Of a stretch of 64,000 nucleotides of DNA, positions 10,241 through 20,700 are shown one piece after another. This DNA comes from an uncultured candidate division Zixibacteria bacterium. GTDB lineage: Bacteria > Zixibacteria > MSB-5A5 > SM1-73. Positions within the stretch are counted from its first letter, which is position 1. Each line of letters begins with the position of its first letter. The position numbers were made by a program, and so were the translations under genes. The stretch lies in contig CAIVRH010000009.1 of assembly GCA_903908285.1 (NCBI GenBank), forward strand, positions 7,537 through 71,536. Reading direction: 5' to 3'. The notes beneath the pieces were generated by a model. It made no database searches. It saw nothing but the letters and a program-made list of their open reading frames with translations, and was not told the DNA's origin.

Positions 10241-13200
10241 CTAACAGGATGGCGCAGGACCGCTTTTGAAAAGGTAATTAAGCAGATAGATCACATCTCC
10301 TATATCCACCCTCCCGCTGCATTCAACATCTCCCGCTTCCAGGGGATCGGGAGCCGGACCGGATTTGTACAGATAGTTTATCAAGAAAACCACATCCCCG
10401 ATATCTATTTTCATATCTCCGGTCACATCCCCGCGAATGAAGGGCGGTGTGGATCGGTTCAGACCGAACCAGTCCATTATTCTTCTCATCAGAGTATAAT
10501 TGTTGTTGGGTGAAGTTCCCGAAGACGGAACACCTTCGAACGGGAAAGCCAGGAAGACCACCTGGTAAGTGGACGCACCCGAATCGGGATAACGCAAGGC
10601 ACAGTAGTTAGTCGCGTTTTCCGCACCTTCCATTTTATCGATCAAAATCCCCTCTCGGAGAACAATCGAATTTTTGCTGGTTACTGAGAAAATACCGGTT
10701 GCACCTGTTCCCGGAACAATGTAATCGGAATAGTTGGAAAAAGGCGGATTCAAGCCGAAAGCCATTCCGTCCGATACGGTGTCCCCGCTTATCCCGGCTA
10801 CGGACGTCTCGCCTGCATCATCCGTATGACCAGCCACATGCAGATAGTCGATAATAAAGGTATTCGGATTATTATCCAGAAGCAGGTCCTGGCTGGAAAG
10901 GAAAAGTTTACCTCCGTTATCCAAGTAAGTGGTTAGCCGGCTTTGATCGGTGGCAGTCAGGGTTTTGGGAGCGGAGGTGGTTCCAAAATCCGGGCCGGTA
11001 TTCCAGACCACTGCTTGATAAAACGCCAAAAGGGAATCGGTTGGTGTTCCTTGGGTAGCATAGGTCCAAACATCATAGGATAGTCCGGTTGAATCCAGAG
11101 CATTCATAAAATAGGATTCATATGCCATTCCCCCGTCATCGTCCACAAACAATATCGGTTTTTGTCCCAAGTTTATCTGGAAGGTGTCTTGAGTCGAATA
11201 GGAACCGGCGGCTTGAATTTGGAGAATAAACGAAGCGGTATGCCCCACCGGGCAAGTGCCGGAAATATCAAACTGGTAAGGAATCAAGGTTGATCCGGAA
11301 TTCCCGGCCGGAAGATCCGGATAAGTGGATGTTCCTGAGGTAATGGTTACATAAGGATCGGAACACAAAAGCACGGCTTGCACCTGCATGGCATTACTGC
11401 TGCCCGTATTTTTCAAGGTTACCGCTACACTGCAGGTTTCCCCCGGATCGGGTTTCCCGTTCCCATTCCCCCCGATGTCGTCGATGGTATTCGACAGGTA
11501 AATCAAATTCGGAGCATGAGCCGTGATGTTGGGACCATCATAACCCCAGCTTTTAGCAGGGGAGGTTATATTCAGATGGAAGGGAATGTTGGCTCCATCC
11601 TGTATTTGAGTGGACACCGAGAAAACGTATTTGCCCGAACTCGCCATGGTGTCTCCTGCCGGTATGTCACCAAAAGTCTTTAGACTGTCGATCACAGACA
11701 CCATCGGATTAGTGGTACTTAAAGCAGCTCCTATTCCATAAGCGGTTGAATCCCCTAAATTTTCCAGCACCACCGAAAGCTCTATGGTTTCGCCAAAGTC
11801 AACCAGCCCATTGTTATTACCCAGGCTAGAACCCAAGCTATCGTCATCTATCTTGTAACTATGCAGTGTAACATAAGCGCCAATTACTGGTTTGGGATGG
11901 GTGACGGCATCTATATCACATCCTGGGTTTTGTTCAGTAGAGCTTCCATTGTTATCATCAATTATCTTAATATATCTGATACTATCCGTAGATTGGGAGG
12001 CGATATCAAAGGAAGTTGTGCCGAATCCGCTCCCGATCAAATGCCAGGTTCCCCCATAAGGGAGATCACACCAGTACACGTTATACCCGTCATTATTGCC
12101 TACCTCAGTCACGGTAAAATCATTTCCATCCAGATCATATATCTTGGTTCTTTCTCCCATATCCAACACTATATTACCACCCTTACCTAAGGATGCAAAG
12201 AGATCATCGGGCAAACCAAGAGCTGCTGATGCATTAGTAGTATTGTTATTATAATCACTCGGACCAGCGAAGAAACAGGTAACCACGTGCACAGCGGTAA
12301 GTATGTTGGAAGTTTTTAAAGCCACGTTCAGAATAGTGGGAGAGCTTCCGCTGACCGTAACACCGGATATGGTCGAATCTTGGTATCCATTAGCGGAGTA
12401 TTTCATCGTATAGGTTCCGGGCAGAAGGTTCTTCTGATAATCTCCGATGGTTTTCTCCGAAAAAACCGGCTGGCCGAACTGAGTACATCTGACCATACCT
12501 TCCAAGGGTTGGCCAGTACCAGCATCAGTGATTATTCCCCTTACCCCGTTGAAGGTTCTTTCCATCATCGCCAATATAGCGGGTCTGTTCAGATTACAGT
12601 CACTCGTAATATTGGAATTGCCTGTCTCTATGGTAGCATCTATGTCTCCTCTGGAACCATAGCTCCAGTCATTGCAATCACCGTAAGTCTGATACCAGTC
12701 ATAACCTTCTATCAGGGTATAACCGGTGGCAGCAGCATAAGGCGCTGAAATATTAACTATAAAAGCGCTGTCCGGAACCGGGAAGGGCCGGTAATTCCAT
12801 ACATAGTTCACATAGTATGAAGTGGTATGAAAGGACAACGAAATTGAAAAGTTATGTTCCAAACCGTGAAGTCGGATGGCTCTGGTTTCGGGCTCGGCAA
12901 AACCGTAAGCATCCCCCCCTTCTGCGTTCCACATGTATCCATAATCCCGGTTGAGATCCACGCCATCGGCGTTACCTCTGGTTCCGGCGGTTCTTCCATC
13001 CGGGTTCATCATGGGGATGATCCAGGTTTCCAGATCGTTTACCAGGTGGGTAACCTGGGTAATGGTGCCGTAATTATCGGTGAGATATTGCAGCATATTA
13101 AGCCCGATCTCAAAACCCATAAATTCATTTCCATGGTGATTACCGATGATCCGAAACTCGGGCTCATTCTCTTCCTGCGAAGGATTATCGCTCACCTTGG

Positions 13201-13621
13201 CTCCTAAAATCATCCTACCTTGGACAGTATAACCCAGTGTATCCAGAATCACGATATTGGGATGATCCACCGCTGCAAGCTCCATTTCATCAATACATTG
13301 TTGATAACTGTGGAATGCCAAATCCCAATTGGGTCCGTAAAGGGCAACGTTCCGTTCTTCCGGTGTCCAGTATTGCACCGAAACATTGTAACCCTTGGCG
13401 ATTAATTCACTCAGCTGCTGGGAGTTGACCACCACGTCCACCCATCCGGGTCCCGCATTCGCCACATCCAAACCCCTCTCCCCTAACAACCTGCCCCTCT
13501 CCTCCATTGAAATGACTGACACCCGGGCATAAATCTCTTCAAAAGCCAGCGCTCTTGATATTTGCCATAGGAAAACGGAAACTAACACAGCAGCAAAAAT
13601 CAAAGCTGTCTTGAATCTCAT
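10241..13621 (-). CDS. Secreted M14 zinc carboxypeptidase with accessory beta domains and C-terminal dockerin
   Basis: Signal peptide. Zn ligands GNHHGNE (HxxE) and SFHT, NPDG...GNADGVDLNRDY, catalytic TIETG. Carboxypeptidase-regulatory-like domain. Terminal duplicated GDVTGDMKIDIGD / GDVECSGRVDIGD repeats. Confidence 0.85.
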   Translation of the reverse strand: MRFKTALIFAAVLVSVFLWQISRALAFEEIYARVSVISMEERGRLLGERGLDVANAGPGWVDVVVNSQQLSELIAKGYNVSVQYWTPEERNVALYGPNWDLAFHSYQQCIDEMELAAVDHPNIVILDTLGYTVQGRMILGAKVSDNPSQEENEPEFRIIGNHHGNEFMGFEIGLNMLQYLTDNYGTITQVTHLVNDLETWIIPMMNPDGRTAGTRGNADGVDLNRDYGYMWNAEGGDAYGFAEPETRAIRLHGLEHNFSISLSFHTTSYYVNYVWNYRPFPVPDSAFIVNISAPYAAATGYTLIEGYDWYQTYGDCNDWSYGSRGDIDATIETGNSNITSDCNLNRPAILAMMERTFNGVRGIITDAGTGQPLEGMVRCTQFGQPVFSEKTIGDYQKNLLPGTYTMKYSANGYQDSTISGVTVSGSSPTILNVALKTSNILTAVHVVTCFFAGPSDYNNNTTNASAALGLPDDLFASLGKGGNIVLDMGERTKIYDLDGNDFTVTEVGNNDGYNVYWCDLPYGGTWHLIGSGFGTTSFDIASQSTDSIRYIKIIDDNNGSSTEQNPGCDIDAVTHPKPVIGAYVTLHSYKIDDDSLGSSLGNNNGLVDFGETIELSVVLENLGDSTAYGIGAALSTTNPMVSVIDSLKTFGDIPAGDTMASSGKYVFSVSTQIQDGANIPFHLNITSPAKSWGYDGPNITAHAPNLIYLSNTIDDIGGNGNGKPDPGETCSVAVTLKNTGSSNAMQVQAVLLCSDPYVTITSGTSTYPDLPAGNSGSTLIPYQFDISGTCPVGHTASFILQIQAAGSYSTQDTFQINLGQKPILFVDDDGGMAYESYFMNALDSTGLSYDVWTYATQGTPTDSLLAFYQAVVWNTGPDFGTTSAPKTLTATDQSRLTTYLDNGGKLFLSSQDLLLDNNPNTFIIDYLHVAGHTDDAGETSVAGISGDTVSDGMAFGLNPPFSNYSDYIVPGTGATGIFSVTSKNSIVLREGILIDKMEGAENATNYCALRYPDSGASTYQVVFLAFPFEGVPSSGTSPNNNYTLMRRIMDWFGLNRSTPPFIRGDVTGDMKIDIGDVVFLINYLYKSGPAPDPLEAGDVECSGRVDIGDVIYLLNYLFKSGPAPSC

Positions 13622-13730
13622 CGAAACTCTCCTTTCAAGTTTGACGAAGCATCAGAAGGCTTATATAATCGATTATCGTCAGTTTCAAGCCATACTTGCA
13701 TTTACAGCCCGTTTAATACCCTCTATCGAT

Positions 13731-13758
13731 ATAATACGCAAAAAGCCGGTTTTGTCAA
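13731..13758 (-). promoter_or_regulatory. Sigma-70-type promoter for the M14 gene
   Basis: Minus strand TTGACA-N16-TATTAT. Confidence 0.5.
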
Positions 13759-13883
13759 TGAGATTTTGGTAAGACTGGCTTATAAACTGCATAAAACCCA
13801 AAAAGTTATTGCAAAATAGAACTTCTCATTTATATTATTATTGTCCTAAATTCAGAAAAACCTTCGGGCGATGGGAGGTTATA

Positions 13884-15683
13884 ATGAGTAAGCTCGCAAT
13901 AATCATTGTTCTTTTGTTTTGTCCTATTTATGCTTTAGCTGATACGCATTATGCCTCCAAGATAGGCTCAGACACGTATCCTTACAGCTCCTGGGGAACA
14001 GCGGCACGTGTTATACAAAATGGCATAAATGCTTCTTCTTATGGGGACACCGTCAGAGTGGGATCGGGATCCTATTGGGAAAATCTCAGCTTGATACCCG
14101 GCATAGTCCTAATAGGAGCAGGCATGGATTCATGTACTCTTAATCCCTTTGGCGTTTCAGAGGGACAAACTATGATGAGAGGAGCTGATAGCTCCATCAT
14201 AGAAGGATTTCATCTTTTGGGTCGGTATCCAACTTATAATTGCTACGGAATTTTGTCGGACAATGATAACAGCATGGCTTTGAAGGCGATAAGAAATAAT
14301 AAAATAACAGATTTCTGGGGAGGGATAACGTTAGCTGGAACAGTAAATACTGAAATATCAAACAATATATTCTTGGACAACTATTCAGGCATCTACCCAA
14401 TTTTTGGGGCAAGAGGTGTGATTACTAACAACACATTTACCAACCATTCCAATGCGATAGCTATGTGGGCTTCTGCGGGTCCCACCATTAGAAAGAATGT
14501 AATAATTAATACAACAGACAAGGCAATATACGGAGATTTCACTGATTCCATGTTCTTTGAGAACAATTTGGTAGTGGTAGGTAAATATTATGGTATTGCC
14601 CTGGATAGTTATGGCGGGTTCAAAAAAGCTCCAATAAGGAATAATACATTGATAGGTGATACTACCGGTATTGGTGGTGGATATTTTCCACAGGTAATAG
14701 GAATTGAAGATTTCAGCAATGAGATCAAAAATAACATAATATCTAAAGGCTACTATGGGATTGCGACTTCAAGCTATCATGGTCACAGCAGTAATCCACA
14801 GGTTTCTTATAACGATTTATGGAATAATACAACAAACTACTGCACAGCCAATGGAAGTAGTATCGACACCTCGTTAGGAGGTAATATCTATCTGGACCCG
14901 ATGTTTGTGGGAGTTGATGATTATCATCTTCAGTATGCCTCACCTTGCATTGATGCCGGTGATCCCAATATCAAAGACCCGGATTCCACCAGATCAGATA
15001 TAGGCTTTTACGGAGGAACATATGGGGAAACTTATTCCTATATAGACTATCCTCCGAAACCACCCGACAGCTTATCTGCTGTCTCAGAATCAACCATAAT
15101 TATCCTCACTTGGAAACCCAACACCGAATCCGATCTATCTTATTATTTAGTCTATAAAGATACCATAGTTGGATTCATCCCTGATACTTTCAATATTGTC
15201 GGGAATATCTCTAAGGATAGCTCGATCTTCAAAGATTATGATTTTGTTTTAGGGAAGACTTATTACTATCGAGTTTCTGTGTGGGACTTGACCGGACATC
15301 AAAGCGAGTATTCCGATCAACTTGAGGTTCAGGCAACCTCGGTAGACCAGTACACAGAGAATGGTCCACCTTTACCAAAGATATTCGAGCTTAAGCAAAA
15401 TAGCCCTAACCCTTTCAATCCAAGCACCACCATAGTCTATTATCTTCCGGATGTAGGTTATCAGCCGGCTGAAGTGGAGATATTCATTTATAACATTTTA
15501 GGCCAGAAGGTAAGAACCCTAGTAAAGGAACGAAAATATCCGGGTAAGCATCAGGTGACCTGGGACGGAAAGGACGAAGAAGGGAATGATCTGGCAAGCG
15601 GGATATATTTCTACCGGCTCACCTTCAGCGGGACAGACCTGTATCCGCTGGTGAAGCCAAAGAAGATGGTGTTGATCAGGTAA
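13884..15683 (+). CDS. Secreted right-handed beta-helix (NosD/DUF1565-like) protein with FN3 and T9SS/FlgD-like C-terminal domain, paralog 1
   Basis: Start reassigned from 13809 to the ATG at 13884 (RBS GGGAGG, followed by signal peptide MSKLAIIIVLLFCPIYALA). Repeated I.NN.I beta-helix turns, FN3 (LTWKPNTESDLSYYLVY), C-terminus PNPFNP...SGIYFYRL...KKMVLIR. Confidence 0.8.
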   Translation: MSKLAIIIVLLFCPIYALADTHYASKIGSDTYPYSSWGTAARVIQNGINASSYGDTVRVGSGSYWENLSLIPGIVLIGAGMDSCTLNPFGVSEGQTMMRGADSSIIEGFHLLGRYPTYNCYGILSDNDNSMALKAIRNNKITDFWGGITLAGTVNTEISNNIFLDNYSGIYPIFGARGVITNNTFTNHSNAIAMWASAGPTIRKNVIINTTDKAIYGDFTDSMFFENNLVVVGKYYGIALDSYGGFKKAPIRNNTLIGDTTGIGGGYFPQVIGIEDFSNEIKNNIISKGYYGIATSSYHGHSSNPQVSYNDLWNNTTNYCTANGSSIDTSLGGNIYLDPMFVGVDDYHLQYASPCIDAGDPNIKDPDSTRSDIGFYGGTYGETYSYIDYPPKPPDSLSAVSESTIIILTWKPNTESDLSYYLVYKDTIVGFIPDTFNIVGNISKDSSIFKDYDFVLGKTYYYRVSVWDLTGHQSEYSDQLEVQATSVDQYTENGPPLPKIFELKQNSPNPFNPSTTIVYYLPDVGYQPAEVEIFIYNILGQKVRTLVKERKYPGKHQVTWDGKDEEGNDLASGIYFYRLTFSGTDLYPLVKPKKMVLIR

Positions 15684-15705
15684 GTGGAAAGGGAGAATTA
15701 AGCTG

Positions 15706-15733
15706 TTGACACAAAGTGATTGCCAGTTAAATT
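15706..15733 (+). promoter_or_regulatory. Sigma-70-type promoter
   Basis: TTGACA-N16-TAAATT upstream of 15781. Confidence 0.5.
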
Positions 15734-15780
15734 GGTAGTGTAGAGGAAAAAAGATTAATTGAAAGTTTGGGGAGGTTTAT

Positions 15781-17547
15781 ATGAGAAGACTGGCTATAAC
15801 CATCGTTCTTCTGCTTCTTCAGTCATACGCTTTTGCAGATACGCATTATGTCTCCAAGACAGGCTCAGACACATATCCTTATACTTCCTGGGGATCCGCG
15901 GCGGATTCCATTCAAAAGGGGATTAATGCTTCTTCTTCCGGTGACACGATCAAAGTAGGAGAAGGGACTTACAGAGAGACTATCACGATGATTCCGGGAA
16001 TAACTTTGCTGGGAAGCGGCATGGACGTTTGTACCATTTATCCGGCAAACCGGAGTGTAAGAGACATAGTTTATGGTGCGGATAGCGCCATCATCGAAGG
16101 TTTTTATGTAAAGGGTTGGCAACCAGGTAAAATGGAATACTGTGTTGGGATTAGATGTAATATTGATTCTAAGATGAAAAGAGTAACTAACAATAAGATT
16201 ACAAACTGTGATTTTGGTATTACTATGGGTACAACTAATACGACAGTTGTAAATAATCTATTAACCGACAATGACGAGGCTATAGCTCCGGATCTTATGT
16301 GCACCGGCTCGATTATTAGCAATACTTTAACACGTAATAGCAGCGGTATATATTTCTTGAGCAGCGCAACTCTTAAAATAATCAAGAACATAGTAAGTGA
16401 CGTGGGAGCATTTGAAGGAATTGCCGGCAGTTTTTTTGATTCAGTTTTTATAGAGAATAATTTGGTTATAGGCGGGCCAGAGGATTATGCCATTGATTTG
16501 AGTAAATTTACCTTTAGTTTTGTTAATGCTCCTGTAAGGAATAATACTGTTTCTGGAAACTCTTGGCATTCTGTAATCTCAGTAACCTTTACCAACGAAA
16601 TCAAGAATAACATGTTTATGAATGGACTTTCCGCTCTGGAAGCCTATCGTTACAGTAGTTACAGTTGCAGTCCACAGGTTTCATACAACAATATGTGGAA
16701 TAACTTAGAAAGTTTTAAAACTGTAAACGGGGCAACCATAGATACCTCTTTGGGCGGGAATATCTATTTGGACCCGATGTTTGTGGGAGGAGATGATTAT
16801 TATCTGCAATATGGCTCTCCTTGCATTAATGCCGGTGATCCCAATATCAAAGACCCGGATTCCTCCAGATCGGATATGGGCTGTTATGGCGGAGCTTATG
16901 GAGACACATACACATATTTAGATTACCCACCAAAACCACCTGATAGTTTATCTGCTGTATCAGAATCAACTATAATCATCCTCAACTGGAAACCGAACAC
17001 CGAATCCGATCTATCTTATTATTTGGTCTATAAAGATACCATAGCCGGGTTTATTCCCGATCCTTCCAAGATTGTCGCTAATATCTCCAAGGATAGCTCT
17101 ATTTTTATTGATTACGATTTCGTTTTGGGAAAAACCTATTACTATCGAGTTTCTGCGTGGGATTTAACCGGGTATCAAAGTGAATATTCGGATGAACTGG
17201 AAGTTAAAGCAACTTCAGTGGATGAATATATAGAACAAGAAAACCATCCCCCGATGTATCAGTTGTCTCAAAACTATCCCAATCCTTTCAATTCGGAGAC
17301 TGTGATCTGGTACTTTCTACCGGATGTGGGCTATCAACCGGCAGAGGTTGAGATTACCATCTATAACCTTTTAGGAAATAGAGTAAAATCCCTGGTGAAT
17401 GGAAGGGAATATCCGGGGGAACATAAAGCTCGATGGGATGCAAAGGACGATTCAGATAATGAGGTGGCATCAGGCATATACTTTTATCGTTTGAAGGTAA
17501 GCGGCTTGGAATTAGTCAAGGCAAAGAAGATGGTGCTGCTAAAATGA
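15781..17547 (+). CDS. Secreted beta-helix, FN3 and T9SS/FlgD-like C-terminal domain protein, paralog 2
   Basis: RBS GGGAGG. Same architecture as 13884-15683, with near-identical N-cap (ADTHY.SK.GSDTYPY.SWG) and C-terminal half (IDTSLGGNIYLDPMFVG...). Confidence 0.8.
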   Translation: MRRLAITIVLLLLQSYAFADTHYVSKTGSDTYPYTSWGSAADSIQKGINASSSGDTIKVGEGTYRETITMIPGITLLGSGMDVCTIYPANRSVRDIVYGADSAIIEGFYVKGWQPGKMEYCVGIRCNIDSKMKRVTNNKITNCDFGITMGTTNTTVVNNLLTDNDEAIAPDLMCTGSIISNTLTRNSSGIYFLSSATLKIIKNIVSDVGAFEGIAGSFFDSVFIENNLVIGGPEDYAIDLSKFTFSFVNAPVRNNTVSGNSWHSVISVTFTNEIKNNMFMNGLSALEAYRYSSYSCSPQVSYNNMWNNLESFKTVNGATIDTSLGGNIYLDPMFVGGDDYYLQYGSPCINAGDPNIKDPDSSRSDMGCYGGAYGDTYTYLDYPPKPPDSLSAVSESTIIILNWKPNTESDLSYYLVYKDTIAGFIPDPSKIVANISKDSSIFIDYDFVLGKTYYYRVSAWDLTGYQSEYSDELEVKATSVDEYIEQENHPPMYQLSQNYPNPFNSETVIWYFLPDVGYQPAEVEITIYNLLGNRVKSLVNGREYPGEHKARWDAKDDSDNEVASGIYFYRLKVSGLELVKAKKMVLLK

Positions 17548-17711
17548 AGTGAAATGAAGAATGCTTTATAACGAATGACGGATAACTAATAAAATCATGA
17601 ACCGGGAATAAAAGAAGAAAAAAGGTTCTTATGTGGAATAATAGACCTTAAACATTACTTTTAGAAACGAATCTTTCTATGACAGATAACCTAAGAGAGG
17701 AGGGGTATAAA

Positions 17712-20700
17712 ATGAAAGCGAATTGGATTTACATAATATTGTCTTTTTTGATTGGTTGTTCAACTTTCTCGATCTGCCAAGGAGCGGATAGATTTTATTA
17801 TGGTGTTTATAATGGCGATCCTCAAACTGAATTTGGATGCATAAAAGATAGTTTGAGGTGTAATATTACTGTTTCTAATGATGTCGATTCAAATAATATC
17901 AATTACTGGGTGACTCATTCACTAAGAGCCATAGTATCAAATTCATCCGATGGAAACTCGCCATTCACATGGTCGGATAGCAGCCATTACACCTTGTGGG
18001 AAAAAGAGAGATATCCGACTTCATATTACCAATTGCAATACAATGGGGGAACGCTGGTTTCGGATCCGAATGCCCATGCCGGCCAAGCCATGAAATTTAG
18101 CAATATTACCACGCCCCAAACTATTCAATGGGGTCCGTCTTATTATCAAGAACCAACATATGAGAGTGGAAGAACTATTGATTATACGGTTGAGTTTCGC
18201 TTGAAGCTTTCTCGTCTCTTTTCTCCCCCGGATCCCCCCGCAGAAAAGAGTGGTAATCCCCCGGTGCCGGTTTGCTCTTTAATAGTAAAGAATATAATTA
18301 CAGGTTCTATCTTGAAAGCTAAAACCATAAACAGAAGCGATTTTCCTCCGAGCGATTACCAAATATTTAAAATAGAAAATTATAACGTGCCTGATACCAA
18401 TAGGATTGATTTTCAAATTTACATGTTCGGAACACCTGCCGTGGCGAAGTTCTATGTTGACTATGTTAAAACTTACAATCGACCTGGAGAAAGGTTAATG
18501 ACCGGTGCGTTTGATCAGGAAATAATAAATTATGTAAGCCAGGGTTGGGTAGGTTCAAGACTTTCAAATGGGGATACGGTGGTTTATCGCTGGTATCTGA
18601 AGGACGAACCTTACTCCATAGACTGTTTTGAACCAAGCAGACATATTGATAGTTTACTTCGGAGGCAAAGCATAGAAAGGGTTGGTTTCCAGACATTCAA
18701 CCAGTGGGGAACTGATCTGGAGCATGAATACTTCTTGAGGCAAAATCCGAAGGAATATAGTATCGACATTTACCCCACGCGTTGGTATGGTCCGGATTCA
18801 TCGGGGGGCAGATTTCAAATTGGGGTAGATACCTTGATCATGTACCTGAATCACTCGAAACAAGCGGCAATAAACAACGGAAAGGATTTATGGGTTACTG
18901 TTCAAGGGCACTTTTATGGAGATAAAGTCAATAGTCCCATTGACTGCCATTATGATGCATTCCATGCGGATACCAGCATAGTTCCTGTATCAGATACAGG
19001 CTGGTATTGCTACCATCTAAACAGACCACCAACCGACAAGGAGGTGAGGCTCCAAACTTTCTTGGCTCTGTGCTATGGAGCTAATTCAATTCTTACCTAT
19101 ATGTATGATTCGTGGATGTCAGTTAACCCCTCCACTGGAACCCTTCAATTGAGGTTAGGTTTATATAACAATATGAAGGGACGCCCCACTGATAGATGGT
19201 ATGAAATTAAAGACTTTACAGGAACCCGGATGGAGAAGCTGGGTCCAATAATTAATAATCTAACCTGGCAGGGTGCATGCTCAAATCAAGAGGTTGGCTC
19301 TTTTATTTTACGTAGCCAACCAAACTACATCGACAGCATTGTTGGAATAAGACATCCTGATTCCACCTATGTGCAGGTGGGGTTCTTTGATCACTTAGAT
19401 ACATCCTACTTCATGTTAGTTAATCGAAAATGTTTAGTAGGAGAGGATGAAACTTTAAAGGTTTATTTCGACATGCCTAATGGACCTTATCTGCTCAGAG
19501 ATATGTACACCAACCAACCATCATATACCTTTTATGCTAATTGTCCTTCTATCATCAGCTTAAAACCCGGTGAAGGAAGACTCTTCCGGATAGAAACTTA
19601 TCCTTTCAGTACCCATGTTAAAAAAGTTCCTCAGCCGTATTCTATTATTCAAAGCGCTATAAATGACGCACAAAATAATGATACAATTCTAGTGGCTCCA
19701 GGGACATATGAAGAGAGAATAAACTTTAATGGGAAACATATTACTGTGGCAAGCTATTATATATTAATGGATGAACAACAATATAAAAACTATACGCGTA
19801 TTGATGCGCACCCAGGTATTAATCCTCCGGATTGTGCCAGTGTGGTTACTTTTTCGTCGGGTGAAGATTCAAATTCTGTATTAGAAGGATTCATGTTAAA
19901 AAATGGGAAGGGCTCTATATCGCGATTTAAATCAGAAGATAGATATGGGGGCGGTATTTACTGCGAGGGGTCATCACCCACCATAAGGAACAATATTATT
20001 CAGGGAAACCAGGCTGATGCGGGGCGATATTCAAGAGGTGGCGGAATATATTGCACCGGCTGTAATCCGGGTCCAATTATTAGTTCTAATCTGATCATAG
20101 GCAACAATTCAATTTATGGTGGAGGTATATGTTGCAATACATCATCTGCCAAAATAGTAGACAACCTGATAATAGAGAATACTGCTTCATCTTTTGAAAA
20201 AGATACCTCTCTGGATGACGGTGGCTATGGCGGGGGGATTGAATGCGATAATAGATCCATGACCACCATTGTAAATAATACCTTGGATGGCAATGATGCA
20301 TACATATATGGGGGTGGAATAGATATCAACGGTCATTCGCATGTTTTATTATACAATAATATAGTTTCAAATACAGATCGAGGAGATGGCATCTATGTCC
20401 ATACCTCGACTGATACTGCACTCATTTCATATAATGACTTTTGGAATAACTTTGAAGATGATATTGATGGAGTCGTAGCTTCTGGAATAGGTAATACCAA
20501 CTGGGGCAATAACCGAAACGGTACTCCTTGTGATTCATTTTACAATATCTTCTGTGATCCTGATTTTGTTAATTACTATCATTTGGATAGTTCCTCTGCC
20601 TGTGTGAATGCCGGTGATAACAACGCACCGGACTTGCCTTTATTTGATTATTACGGGAATCCAAGGATAGTCGATTTTGTGGACATCGGAGCTAGTGAAT

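Noticed and set aside
13884-17547. Diversity-generating retroelement (TR/VR) explanation for the paralog similarity
   Set aside because: No reverse transcriptase in the window, the differences are not adenine-specific, and both copies are full genes.
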